DNA of 64,000 nucleotides from Terrimicrobiaceae bacterium (GCA_041752695.1 JBGSVZ010000028.1:1-64000), one strand, 5' to 3'. Counted from the stretch's first letter, positions 9,475-19,213 are shown. The notes: a model not told the origin generated them from the sequence alone. A program made the numbers and translations.

Positions 9475-10431
9475 TCAGGGTTTGGGGGATTCAAAGCCCG
9501 GCAGGCGTTCTGGAATCTCGCGGAAAACACGGATGGATGCAATGTCCAGCGTTTGCTGATTCGTTTCGCTCCGGCCCAAAGTGAGGACGATCTTGTCATT
9601 CCCGGACTTGGCTGGCTCGTCTAAAAGCCAGACTCCCTCGATGGAAACGGATAGGGGGGAGGTGAGATCCAGGGGGCCCGGGCCCTCGGAGACGAGGAAG
9701 GAGATGGTCAGCGAACCGTCTTCCGCCGTCTGAAAGAGCACGGCCCCATGATAAATTGCGCCATTCTCGATGTTGGCTTCGGAGCGTTTTTCCATCTGCA
9801 TTCTGTCCCCGGTTTGATCGCCATTCGTATCGAGGGACCTGCCAGCAGTATTAAGACGCAGGACAAGCTTGCCATCTTTGGGGTCAATGCCCGCGATCAC
9901 TCCCAGGTGGGCGGTTTTTGCCAGGATCGACACCTTGGGGAAATCCGAGTTCGAGGCCGCGCGGAAAAGAAAATCGAAGCCGCCGGAAATTTTAACGGAC
10001 GGGCCATCCCGAATCACTAGGGAATCGAGGGACGCCTCCCTGTCGAGGACGATACCCAAGCCGGCCTGTCTGGTCGCTGCCCCGCCTTCGAGGGTCGCCC
10101 GGAAGTACGGCTTGGCCGCAAGGAGCGGGACAGAGGAAATCCGGACATTCACATCGGCGGTCTGGCCTGCGGCTTCGGAAGGGGGGGCGGCGGCTATTTG
10201 CGGGAGGGCACGTCCGCCGGAGCCGGAGGATATTGTCGCCGAACTGGAGGCGAAGACAGGTGTGAGCTGGGACAGGCCCTCCTGGTGGGAACTGAGAAGG
10301 GCTTTCGGATCGTCCAGCGTGAGGTTCAACAGATTTTCCGCGGAAACTTCGTGGCCGAGAAGGAAAGCCAGAATGCAGGAGGTTCGGAAAACTTTGGTGA
10401 GGACAGTTTGCGGGCGTGGGGCGGTGGCCAT
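9475..10431 (-). CDS. Secreted hypothetical protein
   Basis: Long ORF with signal-like CILAFLLGHEVSA-E. No family recognised. Confidence 0.65.
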   Translation of the reverse strand: MATAPRPQTVLTKVFRTSCILAFLLGHEVSAENLLNLTLDDPKALLSSHQEGLSQLTPVFASSSATISSGSGGRALPQIAAAPPSEAAGQTADVNVRISSVPLLAAKPYFRATLEGGAATRQAGLGIVLDREASLDSLVIRDGPSVKISGGFDFLFRAASNSDFPKVSILAKTAHLGVIAGIDPKDGKLVLRLNTAGRSLDTNGDQTGDRMQMEKRSEANIENGAIYHGAVLFQTAEDGSLTISFLVSEGPGPLDLTSPLSVSIEGVWLLDEPAKSGNDKIVLTLGRSETNQQTLDIASIRVFREIPERLPGFESPKP

Positions 10432-10678
10432 GGGGAAGAAGATGCTTTCCAACCATGGGAATTGCCGATCGGGTCCGCCATAGAAAATTCGCTCGTTGTT
10501 TCGACATATTCGCACCTTTGTGCGGAACAGTTTGGTTGTTTTCAGGAAAAGGATTTGAGCATTTTCCGCAATTGGACGGGATGCCTTTCAGATTCCGTGT
10601 GATTTGGCACCGCTGGGCAGAACTATTGGCGATTAGGGTGTTTTTTGTCGCCTGCCGCAATCCGACCAGCTACAGCCG

Positions 10679-12580
10679 GTGACGATGGACGCCGCAACGG
10701 ACAAAAGGAACCTGGGTCTTTCCCTTGCGGCGCTGGGGGTGGTCTTTGGCGACATCGGGACGAGTCCGCTTTACGCGTTTGAGACGGCGCTGGCAGCGGT
10801 GAACAATCCCACGGCCGACTCGGTGCTGGGCGTGGCTTCGCTGATTCTCTGGAGTCTGATCATTCTGGTTACGGTGAAATACATCCTCGTGGTCATGCGG
10901 GCGGATTATCATGGGGAGGGCGGGGTGTTTGCGTTGCTGGCTTTGCTGGGAAAAAAGCAGGCAAACCCTTCCGTGATGAAGTTGCCTTTCTATGTGCTGA
11001 TGCTGCTTTTCGGGGCGGCGCTGCTTTTTGGCGACGGCACGATCACGCCGGCGATCTCGGTGCTGAGCGCGCTGGAGGGCTTGGAAGCGGTGCATCCGAA
11101 TTTAAAGCCGTTTGTCGTGCCGGGAACGGTGGCGATTCTCGCGGTGCTTTTTGCGGTGCAAAGTCTCGGCACGGGGAGGTTGGGCAAAATTTTCGGCTGG
11201 GTGATGTTGTTGTGGTTTTTGGTGATCGGGGTGATGGGGCTGTACTGGATGGTGCAGCACCCGGGCGTGCTGGTGGCGTTTAGTCCCTGGTATGCCTTCA
11301 GTGTCATTCGGGAGGCCGGCTGGAGTGCGTTGTTGCTCATGGGGGCGGTGGTGCTGGCGGTTACGGGGGTGGAAGCCTTGTATGCGGATATGGGGCATTT
11401 CGGTCGTCCGGCCATTTCCCGGGCCTGGCATACGGTCGCGCTGCCGGCCTTGCTCCTGAACTATCTCGGGCAGGCGGCGATGGTGATGAGCGATCCGGTC
11501 GCCTTCCAGGCGAAGGATCCCTTTTTCCTGATGGTCCCGGCCGGCCTACCGACGTTGCTGCTGGTGATCTTGGCCACGGTGGCCACGGTGATTGCCTCGC
11601 AAGCGTTGATCTCGGGGGTGTTCTCACTGACGGCGCAGGCGCAGGAGCTGAATTATTTTCCCAAGTTCCTCGTCATGCACACCAGCCGCAACGAGCGCGG
11701 CCAGGTGTATGTCCCGACGACAAACTGGCTGCTGGGTTTCATCTGCATCCTGCTCGTGCTGACCTTTCGCTCCAGCGACAACCTCGCGTCGGCGTATGGT
11801 CTCGCGGTGGTGGGGACGATGGTCATTACCACGCTCTCCCTCTTTTTGGTCACGCGGCGGTGCTGGCACTGGCCGCTCTGGCAGTCGGTGGGGCTTACGG
11901 GGGGGCTGCTGGTCATTGAAATTCCGTTTCTCGTGGCCTGTCTGACCAAGCTGCCCGACGGGGGATATTTTCCGCTGCTGATCGCGGGTGTTCTCCTCGC
12001 CATCATGCTCACCTGGCACATCGGGCGGGCGATCATTCTGGAGCACATGCGGGAGTGTCCCTCCTCACCGGCGGAACTGGCCTCGCGGCTGGAAAACGAA
12101 CCCGCCCTGCGTGCTCCGGGACAGCTTGTTTTTATCACGACGAACCGCCAACCTCGCTACGCCGTGGCCCGCGCCTTTGAATCGCTGCGGCGAGGGGGGG
12201 CACTGCGGGAGCAGGTGATTTTGATGAGCCTGGTCAATGCGATGGAGAGCGATGTGGACATGCCGCGCTGTGTCGAGGTCGAGCGGCTGGGTGAGCATCT
12301 CTGGCATGTCACGGCCTTGCACGGATACATGCAGGAACCCCACGCCCCGGAGATTCTCGAACAAGCCCGGCTGATCAGCCAGGGGGCGATCCGGGCCGGG
12401 GGGCATGACACTTTTTTTGTCCTCGGCCGGGAACTGATCGTCGAATATGTCGGCCATCGACTGGCCCGCTGGCGGAGGGGGCTTTTTGGGTTTCTCAGCC
12501 GCAATGTGAGTTATGCGCCGGATTATTTTTACATCCCGCACTCCCAAATCATCGAATTTACCTGGATGATGCGCGCTTGA
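10679..12580 (+). CDS. kup: KUP/HAK/KT family potassium transporter
   Basis: LGVVFGDIGTSPLYA, GEGGVFAL, DGTITPAISVLSALEGL, TGVEALYADMGHFG, LASAYGLAV. Confidence 0.97.
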   Translation: MTMDAATDKRNLGLSLAALGVVFGDIGTSPLYAFETALAAVNNPTADSVLGVASLILWSLIILVTVKYILVVMRADYHGEGGVFALLALLGKKQANPSVMKLPFYVLMLLFGAALLFGDGTITPAISVLSALEGLEAVHPNLKPFVVPGTVAILAVLFAVQSLGTGRLGKIFGWVMLLWFLVIGVMGLYWMVQHPGVLVAFSPWYAFSVIREAGWSALLLMGAVVLAVTGVEALYADMGHFGRPAISRAWHTVALPALLLNYLGQAAMVMSDPVAFQAKDPFFLMVPAGLPTLLLVILATVATVIASQALISGVFSLTAQAQELNYFPKFLVMHTSRNERGQVYVPTTNWLLGFICILLVLTFRSSDNLASAYGLAVVGTMVITTLSLFLVTRRCWHWPLWQSVGLTGGLLVIEIPFLVACLTKLPDGGYFPLLIAGVLLAIMLTWHIGRAIILEHMRECPSSPAELASRLENEPALRAPGQLVFITTNRQPRYAVARAFESLRRGGALREQVILMSLVNAMESDVDMPRCVEVERLGEHLWHVTALHGYMQEPHAPEILEQARLISQGAIRAGGHDTFFVLGRELIVEYVGHRLARWRRGLFGFLSRNVSYAPDYFYIPHSQIIEFTWMMRA

Positions 12581-12631
12581 TGCTTCCCAAGCCGCGTGGT
12601 TCCCGTTAACAGCGCAGCTCAACTCTCCATC

Positions 12632-13360
12632 ATGGCCAAAGACCGCATCCGCCTCGACGATCTCGACCAAGCCAAATCGCTGGAACAGGAGGAATACAAA
12701 CGCCTTCTGAAAAAATCCCAGCTCGAGCTCCTCAACGCCCAACTCGTCCTCCGCGAGAAAAAAAAATCTGTCATTATTGTGGTCGAAGGACCCGACGCCG
12801 CCGGCAAGGGCGGCGCCATCAAGAGGGTTACCGAACGCCTCGATCCCCGGCTGGTGCGGGTATACTCGGTGGTGAAGCCCACCCCGGAAGAATACCAACA
12901 TCACTACTTATGGCGGTTTTGGACGAAGCTTCCCCCCTACGGGCAGCTCGCGATTTTCGACCGCTCCTGGTACGGTCGCCTTCTCGTCGAACGGGTGGAA
13001 AAATTTTGCACGGAGGTGGAATGGAAACGGGCCTACCGCGAGATCAACGAATTCGAGCGCCAGTTGACCGACGATGGGGCGATCATTTTGAAATTTTTCC
13101 TCCACGTCACCAAGGACGAGCAGCTTGTCCGGTTCCGTCGGCGGGAGGCGGATCCCTACAAACACTGGAAGATCAGTGACGAGGATTGGCGGAATCGCGA
13201 CCATTGGAACGAACACAATGTGGCTGCCGAGGATATGTTTGAAAAAACGTCCACCGACGAAGCGCCGTGGATTGTCATTCCTGCGAACTTCAAATGGTAC
13301 GCCCGTGTGAAGGTGGTCAAGGCCGTGGCCGAACGGTTGACGCGCGTGCTGAAGTTGTAA
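12632..13360 (+). CDS. ppk2: Polyphosphate kinase 2 family protein
   Basis: EGPDAAGKGGAIKR, FDRSWYGRLLVERVE, WKISDEDWRNR, KWYARVKV. Confidence 0.95.
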   Translation: MAKDRIRLDDLDQAKSLEQEEYKRLLKKSQLELLNAQLVLREKKKSVIIVVEGPDAAGKGGAIKRVTERLDPRLVRVYSVVKPTPEEYQHHYLWRFWTKLPPYGQLAIFDRSWYGRLLVERVEKFCTEVEWKRAYREINEFERQLTDDGAIILKFFLHVTKDEQLVRFRRREADPYKHWKISDEDWRNRDHWNEHNVAAEDMFEKTSTDEAPWIVIPANFKWYARVKVVKAVAERLTRVLKL

Positions 13361-13366
13361 AAGAAT

Positions 13367-13420
13367 GGGATGCGAGGGCCCGCATCCCTCCATGGAGCGG
13401 CGCGGGCCCTCGCGCCCCCA
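13367..13420. repeat. REP doublet (GGAG-headed hairpins, head-to-head)
   Basis: GGGATGCGAGGGCCCGCATCCCTCCA + TGGAGCGGCGCGGGCCCTCGCGCCCC between convergent genes. Confidence 0.85.
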
Positions 13421-13435
13421 TATTGGAAGGCGGCG

Positions 13436-13960
13436 CTACAACCGCGCGTCGGGCGCGGTCGTGACGTGTACAACGGTGACGCCATCGGTTCGCAGCGCGG
13501 CGTCGATGGCCCGTGCGGCAATCTCGGCGCCGATTTGATCGGTGAGTTTGAGATAGGCTTTCGCGCTTTGCACGGTGGCGGTGCCCCTCACGGAATCTGG
13601 CAGCCCCGGCACCTTTTTGAGTTGTCCACGGAGGCGGCTGAGGACGATGGCGTCCTCAAAAAGACCTCCCGGCGAGTGGCGGGGAGTGCCGGACAGGCAG
13701 AAGACCAGGCTTTCCTTTCCGGTCTCGATCAAGGTGCCGGCGCGCACGAATTGGGAAATTTCCTCCGTGCGGGACGCCGCCTTCACCGTCGGATCCTGTG
13801 CGACGAGGGAAATGGGGCGGGGGACAAGTGTGCGTTCGACCTTGCGCTCCGGAGTCGTTGCCACCGGGGCCGGTGGAGTCTTTTGGACCGAAGCGCATGA
13901 ACTGAGCAGAGCAAGGCCGGCCAGGGAGAACGCGCATCGAATCCAGAATCTTGACGGCAT
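13436..13960 (-). CDS. Lipoprotein with a BON-like C-terminal domain
   Basis: Lipobox LLSS-C. EDAIVLSRLRGQL...AIDAALRTDGVTVV resembles a BON domain. Confidence 0.7.
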   Translation of the reverse strand: MPSRFWIRCAFSLAGLALLSSCASVQKTPPAPVATTPERKVERTLVPRPISLVAQDPTVKAASRTEEISQFVRAGTLIETGKESLVFCLSGTPRHSPGGLFEDAIVLSRLRGQLKKVPGLPDSVRGTATVQSAKAYLKLTDQIGAEIAARAIDAALRTDGVTVVHVTTAPDARL

Positions 13961-14089
13961 AGTGTTTCTGATGGCGTGACAGGGAGCGCTGGAAAACTCA
14001 AGCCGCGAGACGGGAAATCGTCGTAAGTGCCCGTTCCATTCCTGTGGCAAAACGCAGTTTTCGTCCCTATGGTCCCAAGTTTGTAAGCA

Positions 14090-14782
14090 ATGGAACCAAT
14101 GCTCCCATCCGGTGAAACCCCGGCTTCTGCTCTATCGGGCAATCTGAAGGTCAACGAAATTTACCTCTCGGTGCAGGGCGAGAGTACGTGGGCCGGACTC
14201 CCCTGCGTTTTCCTCCGTCTTACGGCCTGCGACCTGCGCTGCACCTACTGCGATACGGAATATGCCTTTTACGAAGGCCAGCGGAAGAGCGTCGCGGAGG
14301 TCTGGGAGGCGATGCTTGCTTATGATGTCCCGCTGGTGGAAGTCACCGGGGGAGAGCCGCTTCTGCAAAAGAATATTCTGCCCCTGATGACGGCCCTGTG
14401 CGACGCGGGGAAAACGGTCTTGATTGAAACCAGCGGTGCTCATGACATTTCGCGGATTGACCCCCGGGTTCATCGCATCATGGATCTGAAAACGCCTTCC
14501 AGCGGCGAGTGTGCGCGGAATCTTTTTTCCAATATCTCCCATCTGACCGAGCGCGATGAGGTGAAGTTTGTCCTCGGGTCGCGCGAGGATTACGAATGGA
14601 CGCGCGAGCAAATCCTCACCCGTGGCCTGGCGGCCCGGGTTCGGGCCGTCCTGCTCAGCCCGATTTTCGGAAAAATCGAGCCGCGCCAGATCGTGGACTG
14701 GATGCTGGAGGACAAGCTGCCCGCGCGTTTTCAACTGCAAATGCACAAATTTATTTGGGAACCGCGCGCCCGCGGCGTATAA
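14090..14782 (+). CDS. queE: 7-carboxy-7-deazaguanine synthase (radical SAM)
   Basis: EIYLSVQGES, FLRLTACDLRCTYCDT (CxxxCxxC), TGGEPLLQ, QLQMHKFIW. Confidence 0.93.
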   Translation: MEPMLPSGETPASALSGNLKVNEIYLSVQGESTWAGLPCVFLRLTACDLRCTYCDTEYAFYEGQRKSVAEVWEAMLAYDVPLVEVTGGEPLLQKNILPLMTALCDAGKTVLIETSGAHDISRIDPRVHRIMDLKTPSSGECARNLFSNISHLTERDEVKFVLGSREDYEWTREQILTRGLAARVRAVLLSPIFGKIEPRQIVDWMLEDKLPARFQLQMHKFIWEPRARGV

Positions 14783-14790
14783 ACGGCCGA

Positions 14791-15153
14791 GTGAAAGCCC
14801 GCCTCGCCAAAGACTTTTTTTTCGAATCCGCTCAAACCCTGCCCCATGTGCCGGCTGGCCACAAATGCGGTGGGATGCATGGGCACAGTTTCAAAATTGA
14901 GATCGTGGTCGAAGGGGAGGTGAATGCGGAGACTGGCTGGATTTACGACCATTCCCGCATCAGTCGGGCCATCGAGCCGCTGATTGATCGGCTCGACCAC
15001 AAATATCTCAACGAGGTTCCTGGACTGGAAAATCCCACCATCGAACTCATGGCGGCTTGGTTTTGGGCAAAGCTCGCCCCGCAGCTTCCGGGTCTGGCCG
15101 AGATCGTCCTTCACGAAACGCCCACCGCCCGCTGCATTTACCGCGGCGAGTAG
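14791..15153 (+). CDS. queD: 6-carboxy-5,6,7,8-tetrahydropterin synthase
   Basis: GTG start 9 nt after queE. HKCGGMHGHSF, LDHKYLNEVPGLENPTIE, ET motifs. Confidence 0.93.
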   Translation: MKARLAKDFFFESAQTLPHVPAGHKCGGMHGHSFKIEIVVEGEVNAETGWIYDHSRISRAIEPLIDRLDHKYLNEVPGLENPTIELMAAWFWAKLAPQLPGLAEIVLHETPTARCIYRGE

Positions 15154-15157
15154 GGGT

Positions 15158-16144
15158 ATGAAACGTATTTTTCGCCGCAAACTTGCGTTCATTTTTCTAG
15201 GCGTTGCGGCGGTATTCGTGGGAGCTTTGATTCTGGTTCCGATCATGCGTCCGCCCTACACCCACCAGATTCCGCAGCCGCCGCTCTCTTTTGAGGCTGC
15301 GGTGGCGGAAATTCGCCGGGAGATCGCGGCCACGCCGGCCAGCGTGATCCCGGAGGGCAGGACCATCTTGCTCGAACACGGACGGCCGACCGAAAAGGTT
15401 TTTGTGCTCATGCATGGGTTGTCCAACTCCCCGGCGCAATTTCTGAAATTCGGCACCCAGCTTTACGAGCGTGGTCACACGGTTCTCATCCCGCGTCTGC
15501 CCTATCACGGTGAGGAGGATGTGATGACCGAGGAATGGGCGGATCTCACCGGGAAGGACATGCTGGACACGGCCAATCGTTCGGTGGATCTCGCGCGCAG
15601 CCTGGGGTCCAGGGTGACGGCGGCGGGTCTCTCGATCAATGGCACAGCCTGTACTTGGCTGGCGCAAAACCGCTCCGACCTTCACCGGAGCGTGATCATG
15701 GCCCCGTTTCTCGCCCCGGCGGGCCTGCCCTTTTGGGCCGCGCGTCCGATGGAACGGGCCTTGCTGCGCCTCCCCAACATGTTTTTTTGGTGGGATCCCC
15801 GGAAAAAAGGCAAGGTCCAGCGCCCACCGTATGCCTACCCGCGGTTCCCGACGCATGTGATTGCGGAGACCATGCACCTGGGCTCCGAGGTTTATGCCCA
15901 GGCGCGGGAAAAGGAGGCGGTTTGTCCCTCGATCCTCGTGGTGACCTCGGCCTCGGACCTCGCCGCCAGCAATGCCTTCACCGCCCGACTCGTCGCTGCG
16001 TGGGAGCAAAAGCGCTCCTCGGGAATCACGGCCTACCAATTTCCCGCCAGCGAAAAGGTGCCGCACGATTTCATCGACCCTAACCAATCCAACCAGCAGG
16101 TCGAAATTGTGTATCCCCGGCTCATTGAGATGCTCGAGAAATAG
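15158..16144 (+). CDS. Membrane-anchored alpha/beta hydrolase (carboxylesterase-like)
   Basis: N-terminal TM, LMHGLSNSP, PRLPYHG, GLSING nucleophile elbow, PHDFID. Confidence 0.85.
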   Translation: MKRIFRRKLAFIFLGVAAVFVGALILVPIMRPPYTHQIPQPPLSFEAAVAEIRREIAATPASVIPEGRTILLEHGRPTEKVFVLMHGLSNSPAQFLKFGTQLYERGHTVLIPRLPYHGEEDVMTEEWADLTGKDMLDTANRSVDLARSLGSRVTAAGLSINGTACTWLAQNRSDLHRSVIMAPFLAPAGLPFWAARPMERALLRLPNMFFWWDPRKKGKVQRPPYAYPRFPTHVIAETMHLGSEVYAQAREKEAVCPSILVVTSASDLAASNAFTARLVAAWEQKRSSGITAYQFPASEKVPHDFIDPNQSNQQVEIVYPRLIEMLEK

Positions 16145-16245
16145 GGAAAAGGCCTGCGGGCCGTGGGTTTTGTAATGCAAAGGAATTGCATGTAAGGGGA
16201 AAAACCGGTTGCGGGAGCCGGATTGCTCTCTAGGTTTTCCAGCCC

Positions 16246-16737
16246 ATGATGAGAAAGATCCTCACTTTATCGGTCGCCGTGTTCGGGGCAAACGTTCCCG
16301 CGCAGGCTTCCCTGAGCAAATCCGAGCCAATGGGGCCGCGGATTGAGAAAGTCCGGACGACGGCCTACACCTATGGGGCCGCCGAAAATGGGGCCCACCC
16401 CACATCGAACGCCATCGGCAAACCTTTGCGGGCGGGAAAGGTGCGGAGTGCAGCCGCGGATTGGTCCCGCTGGCCGCTCGGCACCCGTTTCCGGGTGGTG
16501 CAGACGGGCCAGGAATATGTGGTGGACGATATCGGAAGTGCCATGGTGGGCACAGGCACGATCGACCTTTTTAAGCCCAGTCATCGCGAAATGGACCGTT
16601 GGGGAGTGCGCAGGGTGACTATTGAGATCCTCGAGTGGGGCTCTGCGGAAAAAAGCCTCCAGATTCTTTTGCCCCGCAAAAAATTCCGCCATGTCCGCGA
16701 GATGGTGGAAGACTTGCTCGATCAGCGTGCGGCGTGA
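16246..16737 (+). CDS. 3D (Asp-Asp-Asp) domain protein, MltA-like cell-wall enzyme
   Basis: RTTAY, SAAADWSRWPLGTRF, VVDDIGSA, IDLF. Signal peptide. Confidence 0.85.
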   Translation: MMRKILTLSVAVFGANVPAQASLSKSEPMGPRIEKVRTTAYTYGAAENGAHPTSNAIGKPLRAGKVRSAAADWSRWPLGTRFRVVQTGQEYVVDDIGSAMVGTGTIDLFKPSHREMDRWGVRRVTIEILEWGSAEKSLQILLPRKKFRHVREMVEDLLDQRAA

Positions 16738-16822
16738 GTGAAGGGAGGCGGCCAGGGCCAGCCTCCCTCCGGTAAATTCATTTTCCTTAAGAGCGTCTAC
16801 AGATGCGGATTTTTGGGAAAAA

Positions 16823-16875
16823 TGGAGGGATGCGTGCTCTCGCATCCCAGGGTGCCGAGGGCCCGGCACCCTCCA
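16823..16875. repeat. REP doublet (plus a degenerate copy at 16743-16770)
   Basis: GGAGGGATGCGTGCTCTCGCATCCC + GGGTGCCGAGGGCCCGGCACCCTCCA between convergent genes. Confidence 0.85.
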
Positions 16876-16895
16876 GTTGCATTTTTAGACCCGCT

Positions 16896-17543
16896 TTAAG
16901 GCGCGAGGTAGGCGGGCTCGCGAGGCGGGTCCTGCGGCGACGTTTCTTCGTCGGGAGAAAGCGCTCCCTCCCCGCCGTCTTTCTGCAGAAAGACGGTCGT
17001 TCCGGCCCAGAATTTCTCTCTAATCTTGATGAAAATGGTTTCTCCGGGATCGGAATCGCTCACGTTGCCGAAGAGGAAATTGTCGAAGCCGATGGACTTC
17101 GCGTCTTCTTCCGTGAGGTAGCCGTTGTCGACCAGGCGCTGTTCGAGCTCCGCAGAGGTCGTAATCCCGGCATCGGCCGGCCAGCCCAAAGATTTGTCCT
17201 CCTTGCTCGCGCCGTCGGAGACCATCTGGACCACCGCGGTGTGAATTTTCTGCGCCCCGGCCACCTGCACGCTGAGTTTCAGAACGGATCCTCCGATCAT
17301 GATGTAAAAGACAATGGAGAGAATCGAGAGGATAAGGCCGATGTATCCAAGAATAAGCCCCGCGAGAGCGAGTCCGTTTCCGCTCAACAAGCCTTGGGAT
17401 TTCCGGATCTTGCCCCGGGCGATGTGTCCGCACGCCACGGCGGCGATGGGAGGAAGGAAAAGCGGGCAGCAGAGGCCGAGCAAACCGAGGATCAGGCTGG
17501 TGACGGCGAGTCCCGAGGTCTTCTGTAAGGCAGGCAGATTCAT
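16896..17543 (-). CDS. DUF4190-like membrane protein
   Basis: SGLAVTSLILGLLG...ACGHIARGKIRKS...GNGLALAGLILGYI. Confidence 0.8.
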   Translation of the reverse strand: MNLPALQKTSGLAVTSLILGLLGLCCPLFLPPIAAVACGHIARGKIRKSQGLLSGNGLALAGLILGYIGLILSILSIVFYIMIGGSVLKLSVQVAGAQKIHTAVVQMVSDGASKEDKSLGWPADAGITTSAELEQRLVDNGYLTEEDAKSIGFDNFLFGNVSDSDPGETIFIKIREKFWAGTTVFLQKDGGEGALSPDEETSPQDPPREPAYLAP

Positions 17544-17637
17544 GGTGTCCCCAGCGATAGCCGACAGGGTGGGCCAGGGCAAGGCGGGAATCCCGCTTGA
17601 TTGGCCGTCCGCGCCCGGCGAGTCTGCCGGCGAACTT

Positions 17638-18285
17638 ATGAAACTCCAAAATCAGGCCAAGTTAGTGATGATTGGCGACTCCATTACGGACGCAGACCGC
17701 AAGCGGCCGGAGGGGGAGGGCCTCTTCGGCGCTCTGGGACGCGGATATGTCGCGCAAATTGACGCCCTGCTGCAGGCGGCGTATCCCGAACGTCTGATTC
17801 GCGTGGTCAATCAGGGCGAGTCGGGGAACACCGTGCGGAGCCTCCAGGCTCGCTGGCAGCGCGATGTGCTGGACAAACATCCCGACTGGCTCTCCATCAT
17901 GATCGGGATTAACGATGTGTGGCGTCAGTTTGACCTTCCCTGGCAAACGGAGGAACACGTGCTTTTGCCGGAATATGCTGCAACCTTGGAAGACCTGATT
18001 CGGCAGGCGCGCCCGCACGTTCAGGGGCTTGTCTTGATGACGCCGTTTTTCATCGAGCCGAATCGTGGCGATGCCATGCGGGCGCAAATGGATCGATATG
18101 GGGACGTGGTCCGTGAACTGGCGGAAAAATACGACGCGGTTTTTGTGGATGTGCAGGCGGCCTTTGAGGAAATGCTCCACGCGGTCCATCCCGGCGCTGT
18201 GGCTTGGGATCGCATCCATCCCACCCAGGCGGGACATATGGTCATCGCCCGGGCGTTTCTCAAGGCGTTGGACTTCGCCTGGTAG
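17638..18285 (+). CDS. SGNH/GDSL hydrolase (carbohydrate acetylesterase-like)
   Basis: IGDSITD, NQGESGN, MIGINDVW, DRIHP blocks. Confidence 0.93.
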   Translation: MKLQNQAKLVMIGDSITDADRKRPEGEGLFGALGRGYVAQIDALLQAAYPERLIRVVNQGESGNTVRSLQARWQRDVLDKHPDWLSIMIGINDVWRQFDLPWQTEEHVLLPEYAATLEDLIRQARPHVQGLVLMTPFFIEPNRGDAMRAQMDRYGDVVRELAEKYDAVFVDVQAAFEEMLHAVHPGAVAWDRIHPTQAGHMVIARAFLKALDFAW

Positions 18286-18433
18286 GAAAACGCCAGGAAA
18301 AAAGGGGGCGGTTACCTCCCGCCCAACGGCGCCCCGTGGGGTTGAAGAAAAAAAGGAGAGCGGGAGGGAAATGGATCGTTGCGTAAATTGTTGTTTAACC
18401 TTACCCTTTACCCAACGAGAGGGTCGCCCTCCT

Positions 18434-18898
18434 ATGAAAGCTCGGACAGTACTTCTTCTTCTGACAGCTTTCTCGCTGTTTTCGACGGATCTTTTGGGAT
18501 CCCCTTCGGAGGCACGGGTGAGAAAAAACATCGAAAATCTTCTACGCAACCCGATGTCTGAGTCGGCACGGGAAGCGGGTGCGCAGATCATCGAATTTGC
18601 GGGAAAAAGTCCCGACTACCATATTGAGCTTAAAGTTGGGTACATGCCCTGGGTCAAAGACCGTGGGCTCCCTCAAGGGAGCCAGATTTTGCTGGCCGCG
18701 TTTGTTGCGGGCAATCTTCGTGAGCAGATGCAAAAGAACTCGTCGCGACCTGAGCCCTATGCGGGTGTGATGGCCGCGCTCGAGGTGTATGAAAAGATGA
18801 AACGCGACGATGCCGATTTCCGCATCGCTCCCGCGGAGACTTTTCTCGCCATGAGACGGCAGGGAACCCTCCGGGCGCACATCGCGTCCGTGCGCTGA
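18434..18898 (+). CDS. Secreted hypothetical protein
   Basis: Signal peptide MKARTVLLLLTAFSLF. Helical body LLAAFVAGNLREQ...AGVMAALEVYEK. Confidence 0.7.
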   Translation: MKARTVLLLLTAFSLFSTDLLGSPSEARVRKNIENLLRNPMSESAREAGAQIIEFAGKSPDYHIELKVGYMPWVKDRGLPQGSQILLAAFVAGNLREQMQKNSSRPEPYAGVMAALEVYEKMKRDDADFRIAPAETFLAMRRQGTLRAHIASVR

Positions 18899-18913
18899 GG
18901 GACGGGATCCTAA

Positions 18914-18974
18914 GGCACCGAGGGCCCGGTGCCCTCCATTCGTCGGTTTTGGAGGGTTGCGGGCTCTCTCAACC
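18914..18974. repeat. REP doublet
   Basis: GGCACCGAGGGCCCGGTGCCCTCCA and degenerate TGGAGGGTTGCGGGCTCTCTCAACC. Confidence 0.8.
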
Positions 18975-19009
18975 TTCCCCAGATCACCGCGGCTCTCTCC
19001 ACCTAGCTC

Positions 19010-19168
19010 TCACGCTTTGGCCAACTGCTCCCGCAGGCGGCGGATCTCCACCAGAAAAGAGGCCTCGTCGCGGGTCAGGCGCGATCCGGGCAGGGGAAGT
19101 TCCAGTTGCTGGCAGACGGGACGGGTCTTGCGGGCGGCGTTGCGGAAGAAGGTCTGGATGTTTTTCAT
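19010..19168 (-). CDS. Small 52-aa protein with QLELPL motif, divergent from the WYL regulator (absent from the ORF track)
   Basis: Manual translation MKNIQTFFRNAARKTRPVCQQLELPLPGSRLTRDEASFLVEIRRLREQLAKA. Codons are mostly G/C-ending, and the ORF fills an otherwise empty gap. Confidence 0.65.
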   Translation of the reverse strand: MKNIQTFFRNAARKTRPVCQQLELPLPGSRLTRDEASFLVEIRRLREQLAKA

Positions 19169-19194
19169 AACGCTCTTGACTCTGCGGCATGGGG

Positions 19195-19213
19195 TAAGAC
19201 ATTCGATGTCCTA
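19195..19213. promoter_or_regulatory. Palindromic putative operator for the WYL regulator
   Basis: TAAGACAT-TCG-ATGTCCTA (7/8 inverted match) in the 44-bp gap between the divergent start codons. Confidence 0.55.

Noticed and set aside
10432..10678. c-di-AMP (ydaO) riboswitch or sigma54 promoter upstream of kup
   Set aside because: No ydaO consensus blocks were seen. The TTGGCAC at ~10604 lacks a correctly spaced -12 TTGC.
10679..13360. kup-ppk2 adjacency as a K+/polyphosphate module
   Set aside because: It is plausible but rests only on adjacency of two common genes.
14090..15153. queE-queD as a Dpd 7-deazaguanine DNA-modification system
   Set aside because: No dpdA/tgt-like or other dpd genes are nearby. 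Ordinary queuosine biosynthesis explains them.
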